Of a DNA stretch of 64,000 bases, positions 11,743 to 23,390 are shown in pieces. Source of the DNA: Rhynchobatus australiae (taxonomy: Eukaryota); assembly GCA_034780895.1 (NCBI GenBank), contig JAUZTB010000027.1, positions 37,969,369 through 38,033,368 on the forward strand, given 5' to 3'. How positions within the stretch are numbered: the stretch's first letter is position 1; the number at the start of each line of letters is the position of its first letter. Position numbers and translations under genes: made by a program. The notes beneath the pieces were generated by a model. It saw nothing but the letters and a program-made list of their open reading frames with translations. It was not told the DNA's origin and made no database searches.

Positions 11743-12152
11743 TAATCATGAAGTTGCAAGTTTGCAATATTTCTACATTTCCTTCTTTACAACCATGACC
11801 AGCTTCTTAGTAATTAGACCAACAGAAGCACATCAAAACCTTCCTGCAAATACAGAAAAGCATGAGAAATTTAGGAATAATGGACACAGCCAAGAACCAT
11901 GAACTTAGTCAGAGCGTGCCATGCAGAGGCAAGAAGGCACAGATCACTTAAGAACAATTACTGTCACCAATCATTCCAAACATTAGCAGTCAAGAGAATC
12001 AGCATCAAATCACAGTAATGTCACTTTGTTCTGGTGCAGAAAGACACTTCATTGGAGTACTCTCAATTCTAATCTTCAAAACTGGATTTCAGATCTACAT
12101 TTGTGCGAAATGGAATCCTGCTCCTGATCCATGGGAGTCAGAGAAAGATGGA

Positions 12153-13930
12153 GATGCAGTGATTCAGTTACCAAACAAGTAACCCAGAGGCCTAGATGTA
12201 CAGTCTAATGATAAAAATTCAAATCCCATTATGACAGATGTTGAATTTAAATTCAGTTAGTAATCCGTGTTTAAAAAAAGTAAGCAGATTACTATCAAAA
12301 GCACATTTTTCACTAATATGGAATGGAATGTAGCTGACCTTTAGATGTCCTTGGAAATGGTCCAGTAAACCACTCAATTGTATCAATGATCACTACATTA
12401 AGTGGACCACATGACATGAATGTAGGTATCACATTCAGTCATGGCAAGTCCCTCTCAGCCCAGGCTACCTCACAAAGACCTTCTAACACATATCTCGGGA
12501 ACTGGTATGTACACTGGGAGAGATGTTCCTTGGGCTAGTCAAGCAAGAGCCTGACATGATCGTACTCACAGAATCATACCTTATAATGTACCGTCAAAAT
12601 CCATGCCTACGTCCTATCTCACTGGTGGCACCCCAGTGATACAGAAGCAGTATCAAAGTAGAGGGGATAGCCCTGAGAGGCCACCAAATTGACTCCAGAC
12701 CTCAAAGTTCCAGGTCCAACCAACTTCAACTGCTTCATAAATGATTTTTGTCACAAGGCCAGAAGTGGGAATATTCACTGGTGACTGCACAAATTCACAA
12801 TTTCTTAGCAAACTGAGCAGTCTGTTAGCAACTCCTCAGCAAATAAAGCAACTGACATGCACCTCCTCAACAAATGAAGCAGTCCATGCTTGCCAGCAGC
12901 TAGACCTTACAACATTTAGGTATGTGCTGCTACGTGGCAAGTAACATCCACGCCACAAGACTGCTAAGCAATGAATAACTTGAAGGAAGGATTCTAACCA
13001 CCTATCCTTGACATTCCACGACCTTACCTCTGAGTCCCCCACCACTAACATCCTGCAGGTCATCACTGACTAAAAATTTAACTGGATCAGTCATTGAAAT
13101 CAAAAGGACAAAAAAAACTGAACCTACTGGAAATCTGAAATAAAAACAGAGAATACTGGATAATGCTGCTGCATTAAGCTTTTCCATTGCACCAGTGCAT
13201 ACATGTACTTGTGCATAGGACAAGAAACTCGACTTTGACCTTGGTCAGGCAGCATCTGTGCAGAGTAAAACAGAGTTAGCATTTGAAGTCAACAATACTT
13301 CATCAGAACTGAGAAAAGTTTTAAGTTTCAGAGAAGGGGAAATTATGGAGAATAAAGGGAATGCCTGTGATAGAATGGGGATTAGGAGAGACTGAATGAC
13401 ACAAGTGGTGATGTTGCTGGCTGAGAGAGGGCAGTAAAGATTTGTTACAAAGCAGTGTGACAGAATCCTCTCTATTTGTCTGATTGAAACAGCTCCAACA
13501 ACAAACAGAGGCTCAGCACAATTCAAGAAAAGGCGCCTTACTTCAATGACACTCCATCTATCACCATAGATATTCAGTTCCTCCATCACCAACACACCAT
13601 GGCTATCATTTGCATCATCTACAAAATGCACTACACTTCAGTTATCCCAACACTAACTCCCACACCTGTGCTTGCAACATCCAAGGAGGACAAGGGCAGA
13701 AGTCATATGGGATCACCACTATGTACTGATTCCCTTCTAAATGGCATACCATCCTGCCTCGGAAAAATATTGCAATTCCTTTCTCAGAACAGCAGAACTC
13801 CATACTCAAAAGCACTGGAGTTCACAGAAGGACTGTAATGCTTTAAGAAGATGGCTCATCACCATATTTTCAAAGGTAACGGGCAATAATTGATGGCGAG
13901 CAACAACAGCTTATCTCAAAATATGAATTT
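12153..13930 (+). mobile_element. Internally deleted non-LTR retrotransposon (CR1/L2 group): tRNA-like head, APE endonuclease start, RT C-terminus and tail; interrupted by a Penelope-derived insert
   Basis: 12535-12582 encodes LVKQEPDMIVLTESYL (APE motif I). 12730-13095 aligns with 62400-62690 (RT, FADD region). 13470-13930 aligns with the 62810-63300 tail. Confidence 0.7.
13125..13440. mobile_element. Penelope-like element terminal fragment
   Basis: ctggaaatctgaaataaaaacagagaatactgga...ggtcaggcagcatctgtg...acagagttagc...cttcatcagaactg; the same family recurs at 23185, 33813, 45180 and 53222. Confidence 0.6.
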
Positions 13931-14115
13931 AAAATAGTAGCTGACAAATATAGATGTGAATTTTATGTAAGAGTGGAGTTGTCCTGGAAAAAGTGAAAGG
14001 AAAGATTCAGGTGATGTTAATGGCACCTCAAACCAGAGTCCCCACAAAATACAATGACAGAACCAATTGATTTGATGCAAACTCACTAACCTTGCACCAG
14101 ACTATCCTCTCTCAT

Positions 14116-16450
14116 ATAAGAACTTAAGGAATAGGAGCAGGAAGAGGCCACCTGGCCCATCGAGCCTGCTCCGTCATTCAATAAGATCATGGCTGATCTG
14201 GTTATGGGCTCAGCTCCACCTACCTGTCTTTTCCCTATAACCCTTAATTCCCCTGCAGTGCAAGAATTTATCTAACAGTGCCTTAAATATACTTAATGAG
14301 GTGGCCTCTACTGCTTTCCTGGGTAGAGAATTCCACAGATTCACTACACTCTGGGAAAAGCAGTTCCCCCTCATCTCCGTCCTACATCAATTTCCTTGAA
14401 TCCTGTTATGTCCCCTGGTTCTAGTCACCCAACTTTCCTGCCTCAACTTTACCTATCCCTTTCATAATTTTATGTTTCTATGAGATCCCCTCTCATCCTT
14501 CTGAATTCTAGTGAGTATAGTCCCAGACGCCTCAATCTCTCTTCATAGGCTAAGCCCCTCAATCTCCAGAATCAAGCTGGTGAACCTCCTTTGCACTGCC
14601 TCCAAAGCCAATATATCTTTCCTCAAGTAAGGAGACCAGAACTGCACGCAGTACTCCAAGTGCGGCCTCACCCATACCCTGTACAGGTACAGCATAACCT
14701 CCCTGCTCTTAAATTCAATCCCTCTTGCAATGAAGGCCAACATTCCATTTGCCTTCTTGATAACCTGTTGATCTCGCAAACCAACGTTTTGTGATTTATG
14801 CACAAGCACCTCCAAGTCCCTCTGCACAACAGCATGCTTCAATCTTTCACCATTTAAATAATAATCTGATCTTCTATTTTGCCTTCTAAAGTGAATGACT
14901 TCAGATTTACTAACGTCGTAATCCATCTGCCAGACCTTGCCCATTCACTTAGCTTATCTATATCTTTCTGTGGACTCTCCGCATCCTCTGCATAGTGCAA
15001 TAATAACTTAGATACATTACACTTGGTCCCCTCTTCCGAAGTGTTAATGTACATCGGGAACAGATGCAGGGCCAGCACTGATCCCTGCGGCACCCTGCTC
15101 ACCACTGATTGCCAATCAGGGAAATACCCATTTATCCCAACTCTCTGCCTTCTATTGGTTAACCAATTCTCTATCCATGCTAATACATCACCTCCAATTC
15201 CATGCATCCTTATCTTATGGATAAGTCTTTTATATGGCACCTTATTGAACACCTTCTGGGAATCCAAGTATACAACATCCACTTGTTCCCCTCTATCCAC
15301 TGTGCTCATTATATCCTCAAAGAACTCCAGTAAATTTGTCAAACAGAACCTGCCCTTCCTGAATCCATGCTGTGTCTGCCTGATGGAGCCACTTCTATCC
15401 AGATGTCTCACTATTTCTTCCTTAATGATAGCTTCAAACATTTTCCCTGACACAGATGTTAAGCTAACTGGCCTATAGTTACCTGCCTTTTGCCTAAATC
15501 AATTTTTAAAAAGTGGCATGACATTCACTGTCTTCCAATCCACCAGGACCAGCCCAGAGTCCAGAGAATTTTGGTGAATTATCACAAATCCCTCTACTAT
15601 AACTTCTGCCATTTCTTTCAGTACCCTGGGATGCATCCCCTCAGGACCAGGGGACTTGTCTAACTTTAGACCCACTAGTTTGCTCATCACTACCTCTNNN
15701 NNNNNNNNNNNNNNNNNNNNNNNNNNNNNNNNNNNNNNNNNNNNNNNNNNNNNNNNNNNNNNNNNNNNNNNNNNNNNNNNNNNNNNNNNNNNNNNNNTTA
15801 GGCCCACTAGTTTGCTCATCACTACCTCTTTCATGACAGCGATTGTATCAAGGTCCTCACCTCCCATTGCATCCATAACCTCTCTTTGGCATGCTAGACG
15901 TGTCCTCCATCGTGAAGACCCACAAAAATAGTCGCTCAAGGCCTCAGCCATTTCCATATTACCCAATATTAATTCCCCCTTCTCATCTTCCCAGGGACCT
16001 ACATTCACATTAGTCACCATTTTACAATCTGTTTTTATATATTGTGCTAGTTTACTTACATAATCATTCTTCCCTTTCCTTATTGCTTGCTTAGTGGTTC
16101 TTTGTTGCTTTTTAAAGTTTTCCCAATTTTCCAATTTCCCACAACTCTTGGTGACTTTGTATGCATGAGCTATTAGCTTGATGCCTTCTTTTATTTCCTT
16201 AGTTATTCGTTGTGGCTCTCCCCACCCTTACTGTCCTTGATTTTAACTGGAATATACTTTTGTTGAGCACCATGAAAAATCCCTTTGAAAGTCTTCCGCT
16301 GTTCCTCAACTGTCCCACTATTTATCCCACGTTACCAGTCTAGGCTAGCTATCTCCTCCCTTATGCCATTGTAGTCTTCCTTGTTTAGGCATAATACACT
16401 GGTTTTAGATCAAACTATTGCACCCTCTATTTGTATGAGTATATTATTAA
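14116..16450 (-). mobile_element. 5'-truncated CR1 LINE with frameshifted reverse transcriptase
   Basis: ORFs 15499..16134, 14854..15453 and 14543..14944 carry KSPGPEGMHPRVLKE, QHGFRKGRFCLTNLLEFFE, VDVVYLD, VPQGSVL and VRPHLEYCVQFWSPY. CR1 3' tail at 14116-14220. Confidence 0.95.
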
Positions 16451-16598
16451 TATCATCCAGAGTTTGGACCAAATAGAACACCAAGTGTTTTGACAAACTT
16501 GAAGTTAGGAGGAGGATGGGGTGGTGTGGAGGAGGAGGCGAATTCTTTTGTGGTCAATATTGTTTGAATTGATGAGGAGAAATAATTCAATACTGCAC

Positions 16599-16747
16599 CT
16601 GCATTGTTGATGTGAGAGTTATTGGCTCCATGTCTGGGGCTCATGTTGGGTGATCCAGGGTAGCTACCTTGAGACTTAGGACTACGGGCACTGAAACAGC
16701 GCACTTCACTGTCCGTACCATTCACCATCTCCACAAACTGCCGACAC
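16599..16747 (-). CDS. RANBP10: RANBP10 coding exon (exon 9 equivalent)
   Basis: tgtgtag|GTGTCGG...AATGCAG|gtgcag, 149 nt. (K)[49 protein letters not shown](G). Confidence 0.95.
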
Positions 16748-17294
16748 CTACACAGAATTAGTAGAGCAATTGTTGAGCAAAATTATAAGAACAGGCAATA
16801 TTAAAATTAAAAAAAAGTTTTGTAAAATTATCAAATGATTTTTAACAGCCAACTGCCCTGATCACAAGTGAATGTCATGTAGTGATGCCATGGAGATAGG
16901 AATTCATCTTTGGACAGCCAACCTATAATGTCAATATAGGATGGAAGCTGCTTGCACATGCAAAACATGCTTCTAAACAGGATGATAAACACTATTTGCT
17001 ACTTTCAAGTAAAAATGGGCAGAATGTGATCACTGGCCAGCAGTGAGTAGTCTAACTGCATTCCTTAAAGGGACTTCAAAAAAAAATGGCCTGGGTCTAT
17101 GCTGTTTTTGGCTATGGCATGCAGTCGCAGCTTAGACCCTATCCTTATGTACCACTCATCTTGAAGCTATACATCGACCAGTGAGTGGTGGATGTACCAT
17201 CAACTTTGCTCTACTTTTGGATGCAACAATGATCCTTCTCCCTTCCCAAATCCCCACTGAACATGCACTGTAAATTTGGTGTCAATGTTCTTAC

Positions 17295-17403
17295 TTTAGC
17301 ATGAAGAGCAAGTTTGGGTTACGCTCCAGCAGTCCTGGATACAGTTGTTGCGTTGCTTCTATAGCTTCACCCACTCTTCCTGCTAAAACTAGCTTTTGTA
17401 TTC
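17295..17403 (-). CDS. RANBP10: RANBP10 coding exon (exon 8 equivalent), CTLH motif
   Basis: tcag|GAATAC...GCTAAA|gtaaga, 109 nt. (R)[35 protein letters not shown](K). The acceptor pyrimidine tract is hidden in an N-gap. Confidence 0.96.
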
Positions 17404-17800
17404 CTGANNNNNNNNNNNNNNNNNNNNNNNNNNNNNNNNNNNNNNNNNNNNNNNNNNNNCATTTCTATTTAAAAAGATACTCTTTTCAAAATGTTAGAAC
17501 ATTCATGGCTCTGTTGAATTTCAGCTGAAGCATAATCAATAACAGAAACCACCATCTGAAACCAGTCCCAGATCAATTGTAACTGGAAATCTAGTTCAAA
17601 AAGGTTCTGTCCAAATCCCATTATCCAACATCCCAACGATGCCTGATGCACTCCAACAACTTCTACTAATCTTAGTGAAATATCATTGCAGGAAAGGGTT
17701 TCATAAACAATTGATTACTTTTAAGGTGCTTATCAGCTAAATAATGCCAAGTAATTTACTAGGCATGTCTAATCCAGCAGTGAATGCATTGATTTAATAC

Positions 17801-17947
17801 CTCACCTTAAAGGCAGCAGTTCTAACAACAAGAATTCAATCTCAGTATTCCTCTGAAGTACCAATGTCGATTATGTGCTCAAGTTTTGCAATGGCCTTTC
17901 AACACATAACCTTTTTCCTCACAGCCAAGAAGTCTACTACTGAGCCA
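17801..17947 (-). mobile_element. Deu-domain SINE (SacSINE1/AmnSINE-like) 5' fragment
   Basis: The minus strand reads tggctcagtagtag...ggttatgtgttgaaag...acttgagcacataatc...tacttcagaggaatactgaga, paralleling 34195-34320. Confidence 0.5.
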
Positions 17948-18549
17948 GACTGACACAGGTTATAAAGTTTGTGCCTTCCTGTGCAAAATAACGTGCTTCC
18001 CTGATTTACCACGTTTAATTTCAGTTTCTGATTGTAGTATGATAGAAATAAAAGCAAAACTGTGTTTCTGTGCTTGCAAGGGGCAGATATTGTCAGGCAA
18101 ATCATTGATAATCAAACACAGGACTATTTTACATCTACAAAGCCAGATTGGAGCAAAATTATAAATTCATCATTGTACCATCAATTCAATAAGTCATAGC
18201 CTAGCAGGAAAGCATTATAGATGGCTGAACTGACATTTTGTGAAGGTTTTCTCTGTGAAGCATTCTAAAGATTATTAGCCAACTTCAGTTTTTAATAATC
18301 AGTTCAGCTTCAATGTTTAATCCTTCCTGTCACAACTTTATTCTGGTGTGAACAAGATAACTGCTGATTTAGTAGTTTCTAACACAGGACATCACCATAT
18401 TCCACTTCATGTGGTTTCACTCTTGCATGCATATACTGTACTCTTTATTCTTCCTTTTTACTCAGGTATATGAAAATCAGGAAAACATACTGAAACCATA
18501 ATCATTAGTGGTGAATTGAAAGGGGTGGGTGAAATCAGTATCTTCTAAC

Positions 18550-18710
18550 TTTCACTCGTAAGAGATGAATCAAATAAAGAGATTATTGGATTTTAAGATC
18601 TCTGGGGTTAGTACAGGAAAAGAGCTCTGAAGTAAAAGATCATCCATGATCATACTGAGTGAGGAGCAGGCATGAGGGATCAAAGGGCCTATTCAGCACC
18701 TTTTTTCTTA
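18550..18710 (+). mobile_element. CR1 LINE 3' tail fragment
   Basis: aaaagatcatccatgatcatactgagtgaggagcaggcatgagggatcaaagggcctattc, which is the reverse-complement type of 14120-14200. Confidence 0.55.
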
Positions 18711-18789
18711 TATAGTTACCATTCAAAGAAAAAGAGATACGTTGGCTGTTTCACATACAAGATATAATTTAGATTAAAATGTTTTTAAT

Positions 18790-19158
18790 TTATTTATTTA
18801 TGGTATGCGACCATCATTGGCATTGTCAGCATTTACCATCCATCCCTAGGTGCTCCCAGAAAGTGATGGCTCATTAGGCCAGTTCAAGAGAAGTTAACAG
18901 TCAATCATATTGGTGAGTCTGGAGTTACACACAGGCCAAAATGGATAAGATTTCCTTTCTTCAATGACATGAGTAAACCAGATGAATTTTTATGACAACT
19001 TGGCAGTTTCATGGACTCTATTACTGGTACTAGCTCTTTATTTCAGACTTATTTAATTACTGAAATTTAAAATGCTAGCTGGGAATTGAACTCACATTTA
19101 CAGATAAATAATACAAACCTCTGGATACTAGTAATTATTCTACAATACATAATAACCA
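18790..19158 (-). mobile_element. tRNA-derived SINE (same family as 4801 and 53461)
   Basis: Minus strand: actagtatccagagg...gagttcaattccca (B box)...ccatgaaact...catctggtttactcatgtc...tagggatggatggtaaatgctg...aaataaataaa. Confidence 0.7.
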
Positions 19159-19639
19159 AATTTATTCTTTTCGCTCTCCCATTTGTTCTTCTACTACCAT
19201 GAATACATTCATATCCCAGTGCAAATCCATGGGTACCAACAGTACTTAGCGCAGTGGCCAACTGGTCATTTGTCACGCACAGTAGAGTACGTTTTCAGCC
19301 TGCTGCTGAGGAGTAAACTAGCAATACAAAGCTAAAGCTAAAGCCTACTTTGACTTTTAGAACATTTGGCAGATCTAAAATGCTTGTTTATCTACTGGAT
19401 GAAAACTGAAAATATGTGTATCAGCAGACTGTTCTATTGAAGGCGACACTAGAGGAATTATTTTCTGCCTCTATCCTTGGAGTGCAGAGATCAACTCAAG
19501 TGGTCCTTGGCTGACATTAGGAACCTATTTGATTTGAATGACGGTAATATTATACTGGGTATTGCCTTTAGCAATTGAGACAAGGGATTTAAAATAGAAG
19601 TTTCAAAATGTTACACAAAGATATTGCTGGCAGCCTTAC

Positions 19640-19752
19640 GCTGTCTGTTTTTGATAGAGTTCTGTTCCTCTTGAATGGTCTGCCCTGTTGCTCTGGCAAA
19701 GGCAGTTGCTGTCGCACAGTACCCATGATGCACCAGGTAGGACGACACCAAG
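19640..19752 (-). CDS. RANBP10: RANBP10 coding exon (exon 7 equivalent), LisH motif
   Basis: ttttgcag|CTTGGTG...AGACAGC|gtaagg, 113 nt, after a 98-nt intron. (N)[37 protein letters not shown](R). Confidence 0.97.
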
Positions 19753-19850
19753 CTGCAAAACAAATTCTCACATAATGAGCTAGTTTAAATGTGGTACAAA
19801 ATAATTGGCTAACTCTCTATTTATGATAAACAAGGAGCATAATTTCTTAC

Positions 19851-20035
19851 TTTTGCAGCATTGTCTGCCATTCCCCTAATCTGTCTCCTATGGGGAATCG
19901 CTCAATTGTACCATGAATCTTTGCCCTCCATTCACGCATGTAATCTTCAATGTCAAATACAAATGGCTGCTGCCCGAAATTAGCATCTACTATTTCACCA
20001 GGTGTCTGAAGTCCCACTGTCGGGTACAAGTTAGG
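19851..20035 (-). CDS. RANBP10: RANBP10 coding exon (exon 6 equivalent), end of SPRY
   Basis: tttag|CCTAAC...GCAAAA|gtaaga, 185 nt. [61 protein letters not shown](N); overlaps ORF 19847..20029. Confidence 0.97.
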
Positions 20036-21745
20036 CTAAAAGACAAAAGTAGTAAAACAAAAGCGAAATGGCAAACTCCACAATTCAACGATGTAGTTGG
20101 TGACTATTAAATGCATTCTGTGGTCAGAGAATTCAACTTTAGAAAAGTGAATTGTTCATCCCAGCCAATTTTCCTTTTTCACTAACCTAACTTACTGCCA
20201 TTTCTTTTTTCCCTGTTACCCTTCTTTTCCTTAATTGACATCCCCAACTAAGTAAAGGCATCCTGTCTGTTCAAGTTAAAATCCCAGTACTTCAGCAGTA
20301 TAGGTATTAGGCTGCAGACTGTTTATCATTTGCAACCATTCTTGCTTTCACTCAGTTATAGTTCTACAAATCTACTGCTTTTCTCTGAAATGTTCCATTC
20401 ATGTGTGACATTTGAACATTGCAAAGATTTTGGTCAGTTCACCTATTTATATTGTATCTTCTTTACCTCTCATTGTGTACTTTTCTGTATTTATTCTTGC
20501 AGGCGACCAGTGAATATACCACACTAATTGTTTGACACAGGTGAACTTCTGAGGCCCAAGATCGAGCTTCACAGAAGTTTTCTTTATTCTCTTATTGTCC
20601 CTATAGAAGACAAATCTGCTCTTGAGTACCCAAGGCTGACAGAAAATAATTTAGATAAAGAAACAGACAGTGTGCTTTTATTTGGCTGAAACAGGATTCA
20701 TTTGTGTGATTACTTCACTGCTGATATATAATGGGCAACTGGGAAAATGGAGGCTAAGCAATTAATCATTTAGGCATAAAACAAGCACATGTATGTTTCT
20801 GGTGATAAAGCAAAAACAGTTTTGGTTGGATGCAGATTCCATAATTAGTTAGTGGCAAGTAATTGTGTTTCCTCAGTGCTTAAAACCTGCATTAACACAC
20901 AGACATTAAATATCTCAAAGAGCAACATGGTTGCAATTAAATAAAATAATGATAACCATTTGCTAGGTTTCATTTTGAGAATTCTCAGGCCTTGGGCTGA
21001 GTCATTTACACTAAAGAATGAGCCTAACACTGACGATTTCCAATGAACTCTGCTGAAAAGTACACTACTTCAATGTTGGGTGAGGACAGCTCCAGTTATT
21101 AGATGCAGTTGCAAAGCTATTTTATAGGATGTAAATCCTTTGAGGATAGTGAAATTTTCAAATCATTAACCCAGATTTGTGTACAAATCATTAACAGCTA
21201 ACTCTGAGAGTCATTATCATTCATATCATGGAACACTGCATATTCTTGATATGATAGTGCAATGCCATACATTATATAAAAAAGGGAATACAATGATTAA
21301 AGGTGCTACTTAAGGACACACAAAACCATATTAATCTTTAAGTGACACCTCCATATTACAATAAAGAACAATCACAATTGCATATATTAATAAAATGAAT
21401 ACCCACTTATAAATTATAATAATGGTTGCCTGAATTAGATGCTTACCAGCAAGACATTTCTGCCTTTACCTGTTGTGCAACATTACTATGGGGCAGGAAT
21501 AAAAGCTAAAAGTACATGAAGTACTGTCATTATTTCCAAGCTGTAAAGAATTGCACCTCTTGTGGCCAAAGCAACAATAACCCACACCAGTATATTACAT
21601 TTGGATTTTAAGACTTAAAAAAAACACAACAAAAACACAACCAGTCCCTTCTGTAATAATTAGCTCTGCCTTTTACAGGAATTTATTTTGATAAAGGCTT
21701 TCTGAAAACAAATTCAAGGAAGGAAATAAAATTGCAAATACTTAC

Positions 21746-21768
21746 AGGCAGGTCCGTGAATGCTATTC
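21746..21768 (-). CDS. RANBP10: RANBP10 23-nt micro-exon (exon 5 equivalent)
   Basis: tttttttcag|GAATAGCATTCACGGACCTGCCT|gtaagt. Encodes (G)IAFTDLP and links the phase-1 end of the previous exon to the phase-0 start of the next. Confidence 0.95.
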
Positions 21769-23184
21769 CTGAAAAAAAACAAAGACAAAAACCTATTAAT
21801 AATTATTCAACTAATGCAATACCATGAAACCTGAAACATAAATTAGGGTGTTCCCATTTTTGGGTTAAGAAAGCCTTTTTCAGGTTGAAGCAGAAGACCA
21901 CAAACCAAATTGTTGTTGGCACTTTGGAGTGTGAGGGTTGCCAGCATACAGGCTCTGCTGGCGATATTCATCGATGTCATGCAGCACACAATGCTTGCTT
22001 GATATCACTCATGTAAAATTCTACCATGCTTGGGAGACCAATGAGAAGAGTGAAGCAGATCTTAATCAAAGAGTTTAGGCCTGCTTCCAGCATTAGTTAA
22101 GAAGTCCCACCCTCCTTGGACTGATACAGATGAGTTTGCAGCCTCTGTCTTTCTCCCTATATGTACCCTTTTTAAAAAGGTTTATCCTTGCTTATTGTGC
22201 CTCCCCCCACCATAGACCTCAGTATTCTCTGGAATACTTACCTACCCATCCATCTGTTCATTCATTTATCTGACTCTATACACTTCTGTCCTGATCTAAC
22301 CCACCATCATCTGCCTGTTCTGTCCCTCATTATTTCCTACTCATCACTGCCCCGATCATTCCCTTAATGCTCCACCAAAATATTCTGCTGAAATGCCTGA
22401 AGCCAGCAAAGGAAAATACACATATTGCAGTTAGTACGCAATAAAATATTAGGGACTCTTCAGTGGGCCAATCCCATGAATGACAGTGGGCCAGTTTTGG
22501 TATCCGTGGTCAAGGTTCTACATTGAAGAATTTACTACAACTGTTGATGAGAACTCTGTCACAAGATGGCACTCTTGATCAATACACAGATCTTGCAATA
22601 ACCAATCTCGACAGTTGGCAGAGGCCCTTTTCACTTAGGTATGGACTACCAGCCTCTACTTTTGATGTTTGTGCTTAAGCAAAAACTAACACTGTCTGTG
22701 CTAGCTGCTAGAATTTCTTAGGAGTTTATCCTAGAGAAACTATGATGTTACTCAAGCAAAACCCCTCCACTTGTATGCAAGTCCATCCTGATGCAGTGGA
22801 CAGGATAATACAATATCATGAGTAACATCCTTACTTTCTGACTGATAAATATGCAATTCTGTAATCTCAGTCTGTAATCTCGTGCTGCTGTCCCTCTGGA
22901 GTGGCCACCAAATGAATGGTGACAGGGGAGGACTTAAAAACCTTCCCTTTGCAAGACCATTGCCTTTTTTTCACTCTGCAGACAGGATTCACAACACAAT
23001 GGGTTAGGAGATTAAGTGTGTATGGTTACATCGCATTTGCACTGTCTGACACTAACGCTGTGCTTTACAGTTTAGAAATAGTTACAAAAAACAATGATTC
23101 ATTAGAGACCAATCAATATTTTACCAGATTATCCCAATATCTTTAATACTTCATGAAATTCCACAAAATGATGTGTAGAAGGTG

Positions 23185-23390
23185 GTCTGAAATAAAACAG
23201 AAAATGCCCGAAACACTTAGTAGATCAAGCAGCATCTACTGAAACAGAGTTAACGTTTTGTGTCCAAGAATTTCCAAAGGGTCTGTGAACTGTAAATGTT
23301 AACATTGTTTCCCTTTCCGCAGATGTGCTTGACCTGCTGTGTGCTTCAAGCATTTTCTGTTTGATTTCAGATTTCCAGCATCTGCAATTT
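23185..23390. mobile_element. Penelope-derived fold-back (inverted terminal) element
   Basis: ctgaaataaaacagaaaatgc...gcagcatct on the left and agatgtgcttgacctgctg...gcattttctgtttgatttcag on the right are mutual reverse complements. Confidence 0.7.

Noticed and set aside
14543-16134. The longest ORFs (133-211 aa) as host genes or an active retroelement
   Set aside because: They are frameshifted CR1 ORF2 pieces with a damaged catalytic motif and 5' truncation.
20480-20640. Plus-strand acceptor-like sites suggesting a nested antisense gene
   Set aside because: All frames close within about 10 codons after the first acceptor, and there is no coherent exon chain.
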